64,000 bases of DNA from Squalus acanthias (taxonomy: Eukaryota). Position 1 is the stretch's first letter; the number at the start of each line of letters is the position of its first letter. Below the pieces are notes generated by a model. That model did no database searches, had not been told where the DNA came from, and saw only the letters and a program-made list of their open reading frames with translations. The position numbers and the translations under genes are program-made. Below, in pieces: positions 1 through 12,379 of this stretch. The stretch covers positions 372,001 through 436,000 of the forward strand of contig JASTWF010000345.1 of the NCBI GenBank assembly GCA_030390025.1, in the 5' to 3' direction.

Positions 1-283
1 AGGAATTAACTTAGAGGACAGATTGTCAGTGTTTGACAGCTTCAAGGAGCTGTCAAACACTGATATTTCATCTGTCAAAAGCTCTTGACAGATGAAATGT
101 CAATCTGTGACGTCACCTGTTGCCGGGTGGCCCTTAATTGGCCTGCTGAGCTCGCTGGGCGGGCTCAACAAGGTCAATCAAGGGAAAATCGAGTGGGTTG
201 GCCACAAGTCGATGGAGGCGGGACTACAACCCAAAAAGTGGGAGTCCCGCCTCCATCACGTCCCCATTGACAAAATCCAGCCC
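1..283. mobile_element. PIF/Harbinger-type MITE, one end (runs off the left window edge)
   Basis: Ends in TIR AAAATCCAGCCC (272-283). 24-283 is the diverged reverse complement of 2893-3152. Two internal hairpins at 24-65 and 63-100. Confidence 0.75.
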
Positions 284-300
284 TATGACTCTATGATGCT

Positions 301-1077
301 GCACAGGGCAGAAGGCGCCAGCGCATGGAAGCACATCGTGCAAGGAATGCACTCATCCTGGCCAGATTTGCATAGGTTGCCCATTGTGCTTGGCTCCTTC
401 TTAACAAATGATAGGCAATGGACATGACTCTCTGGCCTACTTTCACTCTGACCACCAATCTGACCACGCAAGTGTCGTGAAGCCCGCAATGTGGAGCTGC
501 CTAAGCCGAAATAACAGATGCCATCACGCCAACAGTTTGGCATCACCTAATTTTAATATATTCCCACAGGGATGGCATTTCATCAATAAACAGAAACAAT
601 CACCCAATCTGCACACAGATCTGGAGGTTATATCCCTTGCCAGCTGGACCCACACAGCCTTGGTTTCTTAGGGAGGCCTCTTCCTCATAGATGAGGGGAA
701 GAGCACATCCTTGCTAGCTCTCGCCCCCTCAACCAGCATACCCAGCGCCTCATCCGAGAACCTCGGGGAGGCCCTTGCCTTGGAGCTGGCCATTCTTCAA
801 GGAGATAACAGCTTGGAGGTGGTGCAACATCGACCAAAAGCCAGTGGAATGAGCCAAGGCAGCAAGCAGCCCTTAAATGAAGCTGGATAAGTGACGTTAG
901 CAGAGGCGAGTTTCAGTCCCAAAAGACTAATTGGCCAAGGGGAACCCACACCTCTGAAATCAACTGGCCAATTAGGGGAAAATCGCAAATTTTTTCCACC
1001 TCTCAGTGGAGGTGGGTTTGGAACCCACCCAAACCGAAACCCGCCTCCAACCCGCCTCCATTGGGAAAATCGAGCCC
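301..1077. mobile_element. Internally deleted PIF/Harbinger relic: transposase C-terminus (+) and Myb/SANT-like ORF N-terminus (-)
   Basis: + 301-375 translates ...RARNALILARFA*. Minus 793-609 translates MASSKARASPRFSDEALGMLVEGARASKDVLFP...P*ETKAVWVQLARDITSRS (trihelix/Myb-like). TIR-like AAAATCGAGCCC at 1066-1077. Confidence 0.7.
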
Positions 1078-1149
1078 TTTGTGTTCTCCTCACAGCTTAC
1101 TGTCCCATCATCAGCAAGTTTGGATACATTACACTCGGTCCCTTCATCT

Positions 1150-1575
1150 AGGTCATTCTAGAATTTTGGAAGATCAAAACCAATGCATCCACTATCTCTT
1201 CAGCCACCTCTTTTAGAACCCTAGGATGTAGGCCGTCAGGTCCAGGGGATTTGTCGGCTTTTAGTCCCATTAGTTTCTCTAGTACTTTTTCTCTACTTAT
1301 ATTAATTACGTTAAGTTCCTCACCCTCATTAGACCCTTGGTTCCCCACCATTTTTGGTATGCTTTTTGTGTCTTCTACTGTGAAGACAGATATAAAATAT
1401 TTGTTTAACGTTTCTGCCATTTCCTTATTCCCCATAATAATTTCTCCTGTCTCCGCCTCTAAGGGACCAACGGTTATTTTTGCTACTCTCTTCCTTTTTA
1501 CATACTTGTTGAAGCTCTTACAATCTGCTTTTATATTTCTTGCTAGTTTTCTCCCATTCTATTTTTTCCCTTTTT
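1150..1575 (-). mobile_element. CR1 LINE ORF2 internal fragment
   Basis: ORF 1148-1435 MGNKEMAETLNKYF...KSPGPDGLHPRVLKE matches the CR1 ORF2 at 34988-37371. Confidence 0.9.
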
Positions 1576-1722
1576 ATCAATTGGATAAATACTTGAAGGA
1601 GAAAAAATTGCAGGGATATGGGGAAAGAGCGGGGGAGTGGGACTAACTGGATTGCTCTTCGAAAGACCCAGCGCAGACTTGATGGACCGAATGGCCTCCT
1701 TCTGTGCTGTACTATTCTATGA
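1576..1722 (+). mobile_element. CR1 LINE 3' end
   Basis: LDKYLKEKKLQGYGERAGEWD* followed by the GGACCGAATGGCCTCCTTCTGTGCTGT...ATTCTATGA tail. Confidence 0.85.
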
Positions 1723-2475
1723 TTTTTTCAGTATTGTTTGGAATGAGATTTTTTTGTGTGACTGAATAGGACTGATGTTTGCGCTGGGTCCTGAAAGGGA
1801 TATTTAGGAAGCATATTGATGCAGATCTTTGATACTGTGGCCATAGTTAATCAGCTAGTCCTGGACCATGGCAAATATCTACCCGAAGTACTTGAGAAAG
1901 CAATGTTTTGTGGAGTAGAGAAGAATAATTTTGCACCTCACACAAAAAACTGCAAATCCATTATGGGAGGCAGAGAAAAAAAATTATAATGCAAATAATT
2001 GCCTTGTGGGTCAGAGAGGAATTTCCCAGAGTTTTGCTAAATTGACCAAAGGATTTTTTCAGTTTTTTTCCCTCTCTCAGAAAATTCCATGGCTGGTGGG
2101 TGGAGATGTGAGGAGGGGGTCGTGGATAAGGGTCACGGTGTGCATACGGTACACCATGACAGGCTAGATGGACCAGCTGATATTTTCCTCAACTTCATTT
2201 TCATATGTTTGCAACTGGGAATAAGGTTTTTTTTTGTTGCAAAGGAAGGTTGTTGGCTCTAAACGCCATGTATCAATCAAGGACTGTAATTAGTGGATAA
2301 ATTTGGGATGGTAGTCAATACTTGCATCTTAAGCAGCCTTTGTAAAGAAGTAGGTAAAGAGTTTTATAAATATTAAAGCTGTGAAGCCTTTATCACTGCA
2401 GTGTGTGATACTTTTACCTCATGTGAGTCAGGTAATATATTTAAGTGTCTGCCTTGGCTCAGTAGTAGCCTTTTC

Positions 2476-2765
2476 TTAATAAAACCATAAAGAGACATTG
2501 GGTTGCCCTATTGTCATCAAACAGAAACAAGCAAAAGTGACTCCTTTTTAGAGAGGCACAACAAATAAAGAACTAAACCATAAAGGAAACTTATAAAATT
2601 AAATATTACCAACTGTGTCCAGTATACATTCCAGTCCCTGTGGTGCCCACTGGTCACAGAAGGCCTCAAGTATACTGGCGGACACCGTGTGCTTCATCTC
2701 CAGGGCCTCGCGGGCGCGGACAAGCCTGCAGAAGGGTGGCAGGCAGCCAGAGCGACCACCCCCCA
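2476..2765 (-). mobile_element. Tx1/L1-clade LINE 3' fragment
   Basis: Translation CLPPFCRLVRAREALEMKHTVSASILEAFCDQWAPQGLECILD resembles Tx1-type ORF2 C-termini, followed by a T-rich 3' UTR. Confidence 0.55.
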
Positions 2766-2774
2766 CAGGCTGGG

Positions 2775-4385
2775 TGCAACTTGGACCTGTAAATGGCAAT
2801 ATACACTTAATGGCACAGTTTTAAAGAGTGTGTAGGGGCAGAGGGACCTGGGAGTTAATGTGCATAGGTCCCTGAAGGTGGTGGGACATATTGGGCTGGA
2901 TTTTGTGAATGGAGACGTGTTGGAGGTGGGACTGCTGCTTGTCGGGTCTATGCCCCGCCTCCATCATCTTCTGGCCAACCAGCGGGATTTTCCCCTGATT
3001 GACCTTGTTAAACCCGCCCTGCGGGCTCAGCAGGCCAATTAGGGGGAAGTCACTGACAGAGCACGTCAACGTCTGACATGCCATCTGTCAAGACTTCTTG
3101 AAAGAAGAAATGTCAGCGTTTGACAGCTCTGTGAAGCTGTCAAACACTGACATTGTGTGTAGTTTGATGAGCCCTTGTGTTCAGGACGCATCAAACCTTG
3201 CTACTTTGTAGATTTCAGATGACTGTTGGTTCGGAGGATCCAACAGCCAGTCTGTGGAAATCTACAAGGAAGATGTCGGGACTCCCGATCCAGAACGGAT
3301 GAAGGCTGTAGGCAGAAACCAAGGTACGTGAGCATTTTTTTAACACTTAACACTCACCTTCCATACTTATCACTCCACACTTGCACCCATCACTCACCTC
3401 TACATCTTACTTTCAGGCCCCTCCGACCCCCGCAGACCTCCTACTCGACTCCTCCAACCCGGCGGGATTCTCCGAGGTCGGGAAGCCTTCACCTGAAAAG
3501 GCAAAATGGGACTAATCCTTTTTTCTGTCTGTTAACTACCTGTTAACAGGCAGTTAAAAGGATTTAATCCCTTTCCCACCTCCAGGAGATGGGACCTGAA
3601 GCAGCACATCTTCCCGCCTCCTGGCAAAAGGGCACGGAGGTGGGTTTGCCATCCGCCCCCACTTTCTGCAACTTTACTGGCAGTCCCACCTCCATACCTG
3701 CCTCCTTGGGGCTGAGAAAATCCAGCCCGTTGAGAGAGTGGTTAGCAAAGCATATGGAATCTTGGGCTTCATAAATAGAGGTATTGAGTACAAAATTAGA
3801 GAAGTTATGCTGAACCTTTATAAAGCGCTGGTTAGGCCACAACTCGAGTATTGCGTCCAGTTCTGGTCACCACACTTTAGGAAGGATGTGAAGGCACTTG
3901 AGAGGGTGCAGAGGAGATTTACCAGAATGGTTCCAGGGTTGGGGGATCTTAGCTACAAGGACAGGTTGGAGAAGCTGGATTTGTTTTCATTAGAGCAAAG
4001 GAGGTTGCGGGGTGATTTGATAGAGGTGTACAAGATTATGACGGGTTTGGATAAGCTAGACGGGGAAAGGCTGTTCCCACTAGTTGATGGTACAAGGACT
4101 AGGGGACACAGATTTAAGGTTTTGGGCAAGAGATACAGGGGGGATGTGAGGAAAAACTTTTTACGCAGCGAGTGGTGAGGACCTGGAACTCGCTGCCGAC
4201 GGAAGTGGTGGAAGCAGACACTCTCAATGTTTTCAAGGGTAGACTGGATAGGCATTTGAAGGAAATAAACTTGCAGGGCTACGGGGATAGAGCGGGGGAA
4301 CGGGACTGACTGGATTGCTCTACAGAGAGCCGGCACAGACTCAATGGGCCGAATGGCCTCCTTCTGTGCCATTATGACTCTATGA
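2775..4385 (+). mobile_element. CR1 LINE 3' portion interrupted by the MITE at 2893-3728
   Basis: QRDLGVNVHRSLKV before the MITE continues as ERVVSKAYGILGFINRGIEYK...RPQLEYCVQFWSP after it. CR1 tail TATGACTCTATGA at ~4373-4385. Confidence 0.9.
2893..3728. mobile_element. Complete PIF/Harbinger-type MITE (836 bp)
   Basis: Perfect 12-bp TIRs GGGCTGGATTTT / AAAATCCAGCCC. Flanks ATT / GTT (3-bp TSD with one mismatch). Cleanly splits a CR1 reading frame. Confidence 0.85.
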
Positions 4386-4909
4386 CCTTGGCCAGGCCCA
4401 GGAGCACACACCCATGAAGAGGTCCTCTGACTTGACTGTCCCCCTCCAAACTGGGTGGCCAAAGATCAGGAGCATGGGACTGAACTGGAGCTAGGTGTTG
4501 AGGAGCAGTCCCTTCGAATAGTTGAAGAAGTGGCTCAGTGGTAGCACTCTCACCTCAGAGGTTGTGGGTTCAATTCCCACTCCATTGACTTGATCACATA
4601 ATCCAGGCTGACACTTCAGTGCAGTATTGAAGGAGTGCTGGAGGTGCAGTCTTTCGGATGAGATGATAAACTGAGGCTCTGTTTGCCCTCTCAGGTGGCC
4701 GTAAATGATTGCATGGCACTATTTGATGACGAGCAGGGGGATTCCCCCGGTGTCCTGGCCAAAGTTTATCCCTCAACCAACACCTAAAATAGATGATCTG
4801 GTCATTTGTTTCATTGCTGTTTGTGGACACTTGCTGTGCACAAATGGGATGCCGCATTTCCTACATTACAGCAGTGATTACACTTCAAAGGTACTTTATT
4901 GGTTTTAAA

Positions 4910-6873
4910 GGCCCATAAATTGGGCTACTTACCACCACAATTCTGGTAAAAATGGCGGCCGCCCCTCTAATGCCCTTCTCTGATGCAGGACTTGGCGGCC
5001 ACCATTTTGGTGAGGGCCTTAGCGCTGCCGATAGCAGCACTGGCCCTGGAGATGCAAATATGGAGAGCACACTGACTTAACGTCACACTCTGCTTCTTGG
5101 ACCTTAGCGCTGAGTCCTAAGCTTGCTCTGAAAAGTGAGCATGCAGCAGACTGAGAGAGTCGCTGTCAGTACTTCTTAAAATGACACACACATCTTTCAG
5201 GTAAGTTTGCATTTAAGCTTTTGGACTGGATTTTTAAAAATTTTATTTAAGTAGTGGCTTGGTGCAATACATGTTAAAAGTTTTTTTTAAGTGTGATGGA
5301 ATTGCTACTGGACGTTTGCAAGGCCTTGAATGGTAAAAGAAGGCCTCTGAGAAGACAGAAAATGCTGGAAATACTCAACAGGTCAGCAGCATCCGTGGAG
5401 AGAGAAACAGAGTTCACGTCTCAGGTCGAGATGTTGCCTGACCTGCTGAGTATTTCCAGCATTTTATGCTTTTATTTCAAATTTACAGCATCTGCTCGCA
5501 GAGAGAAGAGGAATACGCTGAAGAGGAAGACGCAGAAGAGGAGGAAGCAAAAGGAAGGATACAATGCAGCCAGCCCCTTTCTAGCTGGGATATCCACGAT
5601 GGAATCATCTGCCTGCGGTATCAGTAACCACAACCCCAATTCCCCTTTCATCATTTGTCTCACACCTTACCTTCCCTCTGTTACTGACCATCACAGCGTC
5701 CTCTTGGCTACAATTCTGAAATAAAAGCCACCACAAAGCAAACTTTCCAATCCAACTTTATACATCTATCCATCCAATATGACATCAAGAAATCAACTCA
5801 TCACCCTTATGCATTCCCTTAGTGAATGTCTTGTGTGTGACTTTGCCTATCCTACTGATATTATCCAGTGCTACCCCAGTGGCTGCAGCATGGCTGGTGG
5901 AAGGCTGCTGACTTTCAGTTGGGGACACTGCAAATGGCCCTGCTGGTCGACCTTGAGGTGCTGGTGGCTGGGAGTGTGAATTCGAGGAATGGTGTTTCTT
6001 CTTCTTCATTCTCTTTTTGTTCAACCACTGGCTGGGCAGGCTGCATTTCTTGGGTGTGCCTTGTGTTTGGTACAGATTGTTGTTCGGTGAGTGATTGGTG
6101 GTGGTTGTGGGGGGATGGAGTCGTGCATTGAGAAGTGTGTGAGGCTAGTGGTGCAGTTGGTAAGAGATGGCTTTCGAAGATGCATTCACTGACCTTGACC
6201 ACTGGTCTGAGGTCATGAAGCTTCTTTGGGCACTGGAGCCAGGTCGTGAGGGCGACACTGCTGGCAGTAATGGCCTCAGTGATCTGGTTTCACATCGTTC
6301 TTTCTGGAGGGCCTCCTGACCCCTGTGGGTAGAGGACCTCTCTTGCAGTGTTGACCCCCTGCACAAAGCTGGAGTGTTGTGTGCGAGATCCTTCCCTGGC
6401 TTGCTGAGCAATTTGTTAGTGCTGAAGCACTTTTCCCATTTTTTTTTAGGTGCAGAAGGCAATTCAGCTTTAAGAGCTGAATACTCCCATTTGGGATTTA
6501 TTTTTATTATAATTTTTTTTCAGAAGGCTGTTGAGCTGCAAGGGCTAAAAACTGCTATTTTTTAAATAATTTTTATTTTTTCATTTTAGAAGGCAGTTCC
6601 CCTTTAAGGGACCACACTGCTTTCTGAAATGACAGCCTTGCTTTGAGAGAAGGCTGTTCTTGCTGCAATGACGCTACGGCCATGCTACATTGGGCCTCCT
6701 ACCAGGACTAAAACCACGAAAACCGCCTTGCACGGTGAGTTTAGCACTGGGCTAATGTTAATTAGCAACCAGCATGAATATCCCGGTCCTGCCAGCGCCA
6801 TCAATTTCGGCGGTCATTAACTCTGGCCCGTGGTGGAACTGGCAGGTTTTTAGCGATCTCGAATTTCTAGGCC
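4910..6873. mobile_element. Non-autonomous PIF/Harbinger element with Myb/SANT-like exon remnant
   Basis: TIRs GGCCCATAAATT / AATTTCTAGGCC (10/12) and AAA TSD (4907-4909, 6874-6876). Minus ~6367-6194 reads REVLYPQG...M*NQITEAITASSVALTTWLQCPKKLHDLRPVVK then a GTCAGT donor. Confidence 0.8.
5355..5495. repeat. Penelope-associated palindromic repeat remnant nested in the Harbinger element
   Basis: AAAATGCTGGAAATACTCA...TGAGTATTTCCAGCATTTT inverted arms. The same family occurs at 16365-16712, 42913-43020 and 47720-47920. Confidence 0.55.
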
Positions 6874-9800
6874 AAAGTACTTTGGGATTTCCTGAGGTCG
6901 TGAAAGGCACTATATAAATCCATGTCTTTCTTTTCTATATTGATTCAGTAAACTTGTTGTATTACAGCATTGTCATGTATAAATATCAGAAACTGCACTG
7001 CAGGCCCCAGACTACCCATGAACAACACCATAGGATATCTACTGGTCTTATAGGTACATTTTGATTCTACTGAAAGATCCAACTAAAAAGTAATTTTTGT
7101 ATTTGTTCATGGGATCTAGGCTCCACTGACAATATAGGCCATATTTATTGCTCATCCCAACAAATTAGTCAATTTTACATGGAAAGAATTGACAACATTT
7201 ATTCAAGAGCATGAATATTTTTCTAACTGGCTTAAAAATATTGCCTTCTTACCACTAATTCTTGCAGTCACATGTCCCTGATCCTATCATATGATTTGTA
7301 CCAATACTTGTAAGCATGGGGCATAATTTGGTAACCATTTATTAAAAAGTCATGGATTGTTTCAATTTTTGTGATTATACTTTGACTAGGTGAGTGGGTG
7401 TGTTTCCTGGTTCATAATCTTCATATTTTGATGATTGCATAAACTTTGATTGTGCTTAGTTATTCCCACGTCCAATTTTGTTAAATGTGGAAGAGTTGTT
7501 TCAAAGTGTATTATAAAGCAGTAACAAATGAGCGATTTTGTTGCGATAAATTACAATGTTGAAGCTGACATCACGGATTCTGTGTTGCAGTTAATTAATC
7601 ACTCCAGCCTTACTTAGTTACTTAAACAGAATAATCCTCATCCTCCCCCAGCTGCATATATGAGGCTGCAGTACTTCAAGGAGATAATACAGCCAAATTT
7701 ATGAACACACACTATCACTGGAGAGCCTGACCACACATAGCGGGAAATTATGTGGGGAGTGTGCCAGGGTTCCCAAGTATGCACGGCCAACAGGTGAGGT
7801 TTCCTGCTGGAATTGCTTATTCATGAAATCATCCCACGATGAGTTTTGCTCTTGCTGTTTATTGTGACACCTTAAATCCCCAATGTGATAATCCAGTTCT
7901 CCTACACATAACATTCTCCCTACCAATTGTTACTCTGTATGTAAAATACTATAGTGCTGATGTTCTTCTTCAGTCCTACAGAGTTTTTTGTAGTAATGTG
8001 TTAATTTGACATGGGTCTAGAATTCTTCTCCATCCACAAATTGTAACTGATTATAATTGCAGTCCTTGATTGATACATGGCTTTCAGGACTAACAACCTT
8101 ACTTTGCAGCAACAAAAAAACCTTGTGCATTTGTTTTCATTTTTTTAAATGTTCTACGAAAGATTTGGTTTTAACTGACAGACTTAAAAGTAAAATGTTG
8201 CAATAAAAGTCACCTTACAACTTGAACACTAAAAAACTGTAAATCTCTTATACCATGTTTATGTTCCATTACAATTACCTATGCTTTGAAGGCAGACTTG
8301 AGGAATTCCAAGGCAGCGACGAAGCGTGGCTTCCCTATCAGGAACGCAGTATGCAAACATTCTTGACCTAGGAGCTAAAGCAGCTTCTGACAGTCTTTCT
8401 TTTAAGGGCTGATAATAAAGATTATAAAGTATAGATTAGGTATTACTTAATTTACTCGAGTTATCTTGTCTGTGGAACCAAAACTCTGAGAATTGTTGTT
8501 CAGGTAAGGTTATTTAAAACAAAATGATGTATTAATATGATGGCTTGGAAATAAGAAATTTGCATACCAGAAGCTTATTTTGTAGCATTAATAAGTACTG
8601 AAAAAATGTATTTTGGCATCAGTTATTTAGCGATGTTACTAACAATATCTGCCTAGATTAAGTGAAAATGTAAATATAGGTGAATAATTTGTCATAGATG
8701 TGATCAAATAAAAGCAGCCATTGATGTGAATTTTTAAATAATGTTTAATGCTAATATTTTGAGTTAACTAAAATCCTTTTTTGATGGTCAAACATTTAAA
8801 AATAAGGTAAACCCTATATCACAGTTCCTCCATTTTGAAACTTAAAAAAAAAACTATTTAAGTGATAAATAGGTTGGAATAAAATATTAATTTCAAACTC
8901 CTTTTGAAATGTTGGTAAGAATCAGTGATGTATTTTTGATGATTTATTTTTTAAACTATACAGTTAATCAATCAATAAACTGTCTTAAACATGGCTTTTG
9001 AGAATCTGGTTCTTTAATGTTACCCCCAAATTATTTTTTTTTACAATTTATATGAACTTTACTCTTAAATTATTCACCAAGTGCGCACCTGTCTAAAAAC
9101 ATGCACTGTGTTACTGTATAGAGTAATTTGAAGTTCAGTAATTAGCACTGGGCACGCTTAAAACTACACAATTTAAATGCAGAAAGGCACCTCTAGTGTG
9201 TCTGACTATTTAAAGAGGAAGGATAATGAAGCTTGTGGAAATACTATTTAATGACCAACTTCCAAAAATAGGATCTAAGAACTGAACGGTAAACCAGAAA
9301 TTTGGTTCCCAAAATCCAGTCACGTGTATGGAATAATCTGCCACTCCCTTAGGAAATAAACAAGGATTAGAGAGTCCGTTCTGCATGGGATATGCATAAA
9401 TATATCCACAGATTAAGGCAGTTAATAATGGTCTACTACTTTTAGAAAAGCATCACAAAGCAGCTGGTGTGTGACCTTGACAAATGCATACATTTATCTT
9501 CATAAAACTATAATGGTTATTGCAATGAAATTAAATACACGGACTGTTATGAATTGCAGTTTGGTGTTAATGATGTGTTTATATCATAGACTCCAGAGAT
9601 CCTGAGGCTGTTCCAGTAGGTTTTATGCTAAAACAAGAGACTTTGAGATAATTCAACCACTTACCATTTTGATTTTCAACATTTCATCCCCACTATTAAA
9701 ATTAAAAACGCTGATGGATTAAAAAAAAATGTATAACCTGTAAACCTGGTTAGAATCATGTAGATAAGTGACATGTGAATTTATTTGTGGATACTGTCAG

Positions 9801-10664
9801 ATCAGAATTAGGATTGTGTCATGATTGTGGAGTACTACAGGTCTTTATAGCTTCAAAAGATACACTTGATTTGTAAAATATTTACTCCAAAAATTCTAAT
9901 TCTAAATATATTGTAAAGCAGAATTAGAGAAACATGCAGAACAATTCATAGCAATTTCCAAATTAGCTCATAAAGCACACACAAGGCTCCCAATACATAG
10001 GGTATTTGAGATCCTACTACATTCAACTGCCTACACTAAATTTCGGTCTAGTGTCTAACCTTTTACTTTTTTTAAATAAATACCTGCCGTACTTAAAATT
10101 CTATATTGATCTTCTAATCCTGATAGAAACATTGTGATTTATATGTACATATTTTGAAATCTAGTGTTAAAATGTATCCTTAAGTACTCAAAAGGGTTAA
10201 CAAATTAATTTCTGCAAGCCTTACACAGATTCAGGAATACAAATATGTGTGGGCTTTTAAAAATTGTTGTGTTTTAATTGTTTGGATGGGCACTCAAGTT
10301 TAAATGGCTTATCTGAAGTCATACAGACTAATGGGCAAATTTGTGCTTTTGCTGTTTACTTATAGATATGGGAAATCTTATTTAATGTGTGACATTAGGG
10401 TAACGTTTAAAACTATTAAAATACTTTATGAAAAAATGCAATATGATAACCAAAAAATCTATTGTTCATTTGTTCTAATCTCAAAGAGCAGGTAAGCTTA
10501 TGAAAACACAGCTAATAAAAAAACCACTATATTTTACCAAATAGCAAACCAATAAGCATTTCCCCTGGAAGGCTGAATTTAATATCAAGTTGTACAATAC
10601 GTTATGACAGTGTGTTCCTGATTTTGTTTTTAGCACACATAAACTTCGGTTAAGGCAGACTCGA

Positions 10665-10697
10665 TTTAATTTTGTACAAAAAGTTGGAAGTTTTATT
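10665..10697 (-). terminator. FZD1: Probable FZD1 polyadenylation signals
   Basis: Minus-strand AATAAA (10692-10697) and ATTAAA (10665-10670) ~1.7 kb downstream of the stop codon, in AU-rich context. Confidence 0.5.
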
Positions 10698-12379
10698 TCA
10701 AAGAAATTAAAAATATGGAATATATAAACTTTTCTATTGCTCTATAAATATAAAGGATTCTGTAATGGTGAACAAGAATAAATGAATACCAAGTTCAGAC
10801 ATTTTTTGCTCATCAGGGACTTGAAGCCAATAATGAATTTGAACCATGAGTACAGGCTTGTACGGTGTTATGGCTACAGACTCCTATTAATTATTTGATA
10901 ACAATCATGCAAATTATTTTAAAATACAGTACAATAAAAATGCCTGTATGTGCAGTTATTGTGCCTTTAAAATGCTTGTACTGCTTGTACTAAAATGCTT
11001 GTAATATAGTACAATGGAAAAAAAGGGCATTTGCCATTTTCTGACAGGAATGGCCCACATTTCAATCAATGGATTAAATGTGCTGGGTATGGTACTACAC
11101 CGTATTTCTACAGATAATTTGTTTTCTGGACCACTTGCTTGGAATAGAATGGGAATTTTTTTAGCACTAATAAAACATTGATTGAGCCTTATTCTGCTCT
11201 ACCCCATACCAAGGACTACCTCTGGGTCCTAACATTACCCTCAGCTCAACCTCTATTGAGTTCACATGCTTCTGAAGTTCAATATTCCCCCTGCCCTCTA
11301 AAAAACAAAAAAAGGCTACCAAGAGTGTTAATTTTGCTTATTCAGCTGTTCAGTGTCTGTTAAGTATAAACATTCCCACCTGGTTTTCCGACTTTTAAAC
11401 AATTTCTTTATGTGGTGCTACAGAAAAGCAGTATTTGCTGTCTCTCCAACAAAAATGTAAAAGCAAAGCCAAGTCAAAACAATCTATAACAAAGATGTAT
11501 TGAGGATGATCTTTCAATACGACTACATTAACATAACAATGGAGAGTTTTTTTCTAATGCACCAGCCAATAAAATTGCTATTGACGACAATAATGGGGAA
11601 GGGGAATTAATCAAAATAATCAGCAAAGCTAAGTGCTCCCATGCCCTGTATAATTTCAGTTTTCAGACTCATTTTTGATCCAGTATTTTTGTATAAATCC
11701 ACTTAGGGTAGATTAATATGCAAGACTAAAGCAACCAGAATTAATTAATTTTATTATTCGGGAAGCAGGGCACCCATCAGATGCGGATCATGCTAGACTG
11801 TAATCTGGGTGTCCAGAGGTAAAAGTAATGCGTGAGACCATAATTTAGTCTATTTTATTTACCCTCGCTCTCGATTCAAATGTTCTAAGTTGCGTAAAGA
11901 ATAATGATGTTAACGTGGTTGGCGTTAGGACCCAAGGGAAGCCTTTCATTCCGGGGTAAGACTAATTGTCCCACTGCCTCCAGGTCCAATTTATGTCTCG
12001 AAAGGTTCAACATTCAGACATGCGAGTTGGCGGGCACCAGGATCAACTTTCAAGTCTGACTCATTTGCAGTTCGTTCTCCGTGTTCGACTACAAGTTGAG
12101 TTGCGACAATCCTTGTTTTCCGAGCACTGAAACAACCAGTGCCTTCCCCCTCAAGAAAAAAAACTCCACAAATTGGGGAAACAAGATACACCTCTGGAGG
12201 TGATATTTTAAATACAAATATATAATTACAAAAAAATCTTACAGATGCTATTTACAAACATACAGTATTTGAAATATAGTCTGTCACATCTCAAATCTCG
12301 GGCTTCACTTTGTGTGAGTGTGTGTTTTTCTCCCCCTGTCTTTCGGGGGGGGGGGGGGATGTTGACTAAAAAGCGTCTC

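Larger units (their letters stand above)
4530..6935 (+). mobile_element. tRNA-headed Deu-domain SINE (SacSINE1/AmnSINE1-like) split by a Harbinger insertion
   Basis: A box TGGCTCAGTGG and B-box-like GGTTCAATTCC. Body matches the copies at 41000-41464 and 62207-62678. Tail GAAAGGCACTATATAAAT resumes at 6874. Confidence 0.8.

Noticed and set aside
1150..1722. Twin-priming 5' inversion of a single CR1
   Set aside because: The inverted piece and the 3' tail are more than 1 kb apart in ORF2 coordinates and no TSD was found; more likely two separate fragments.
283..2893. One large element bounded by the inverted repeats at 24-283 and 2893-3152
   Set aside because: The TIRs face the wrong way, and 2893-3728 has its own TIR pair; these are two independent MITE copies.
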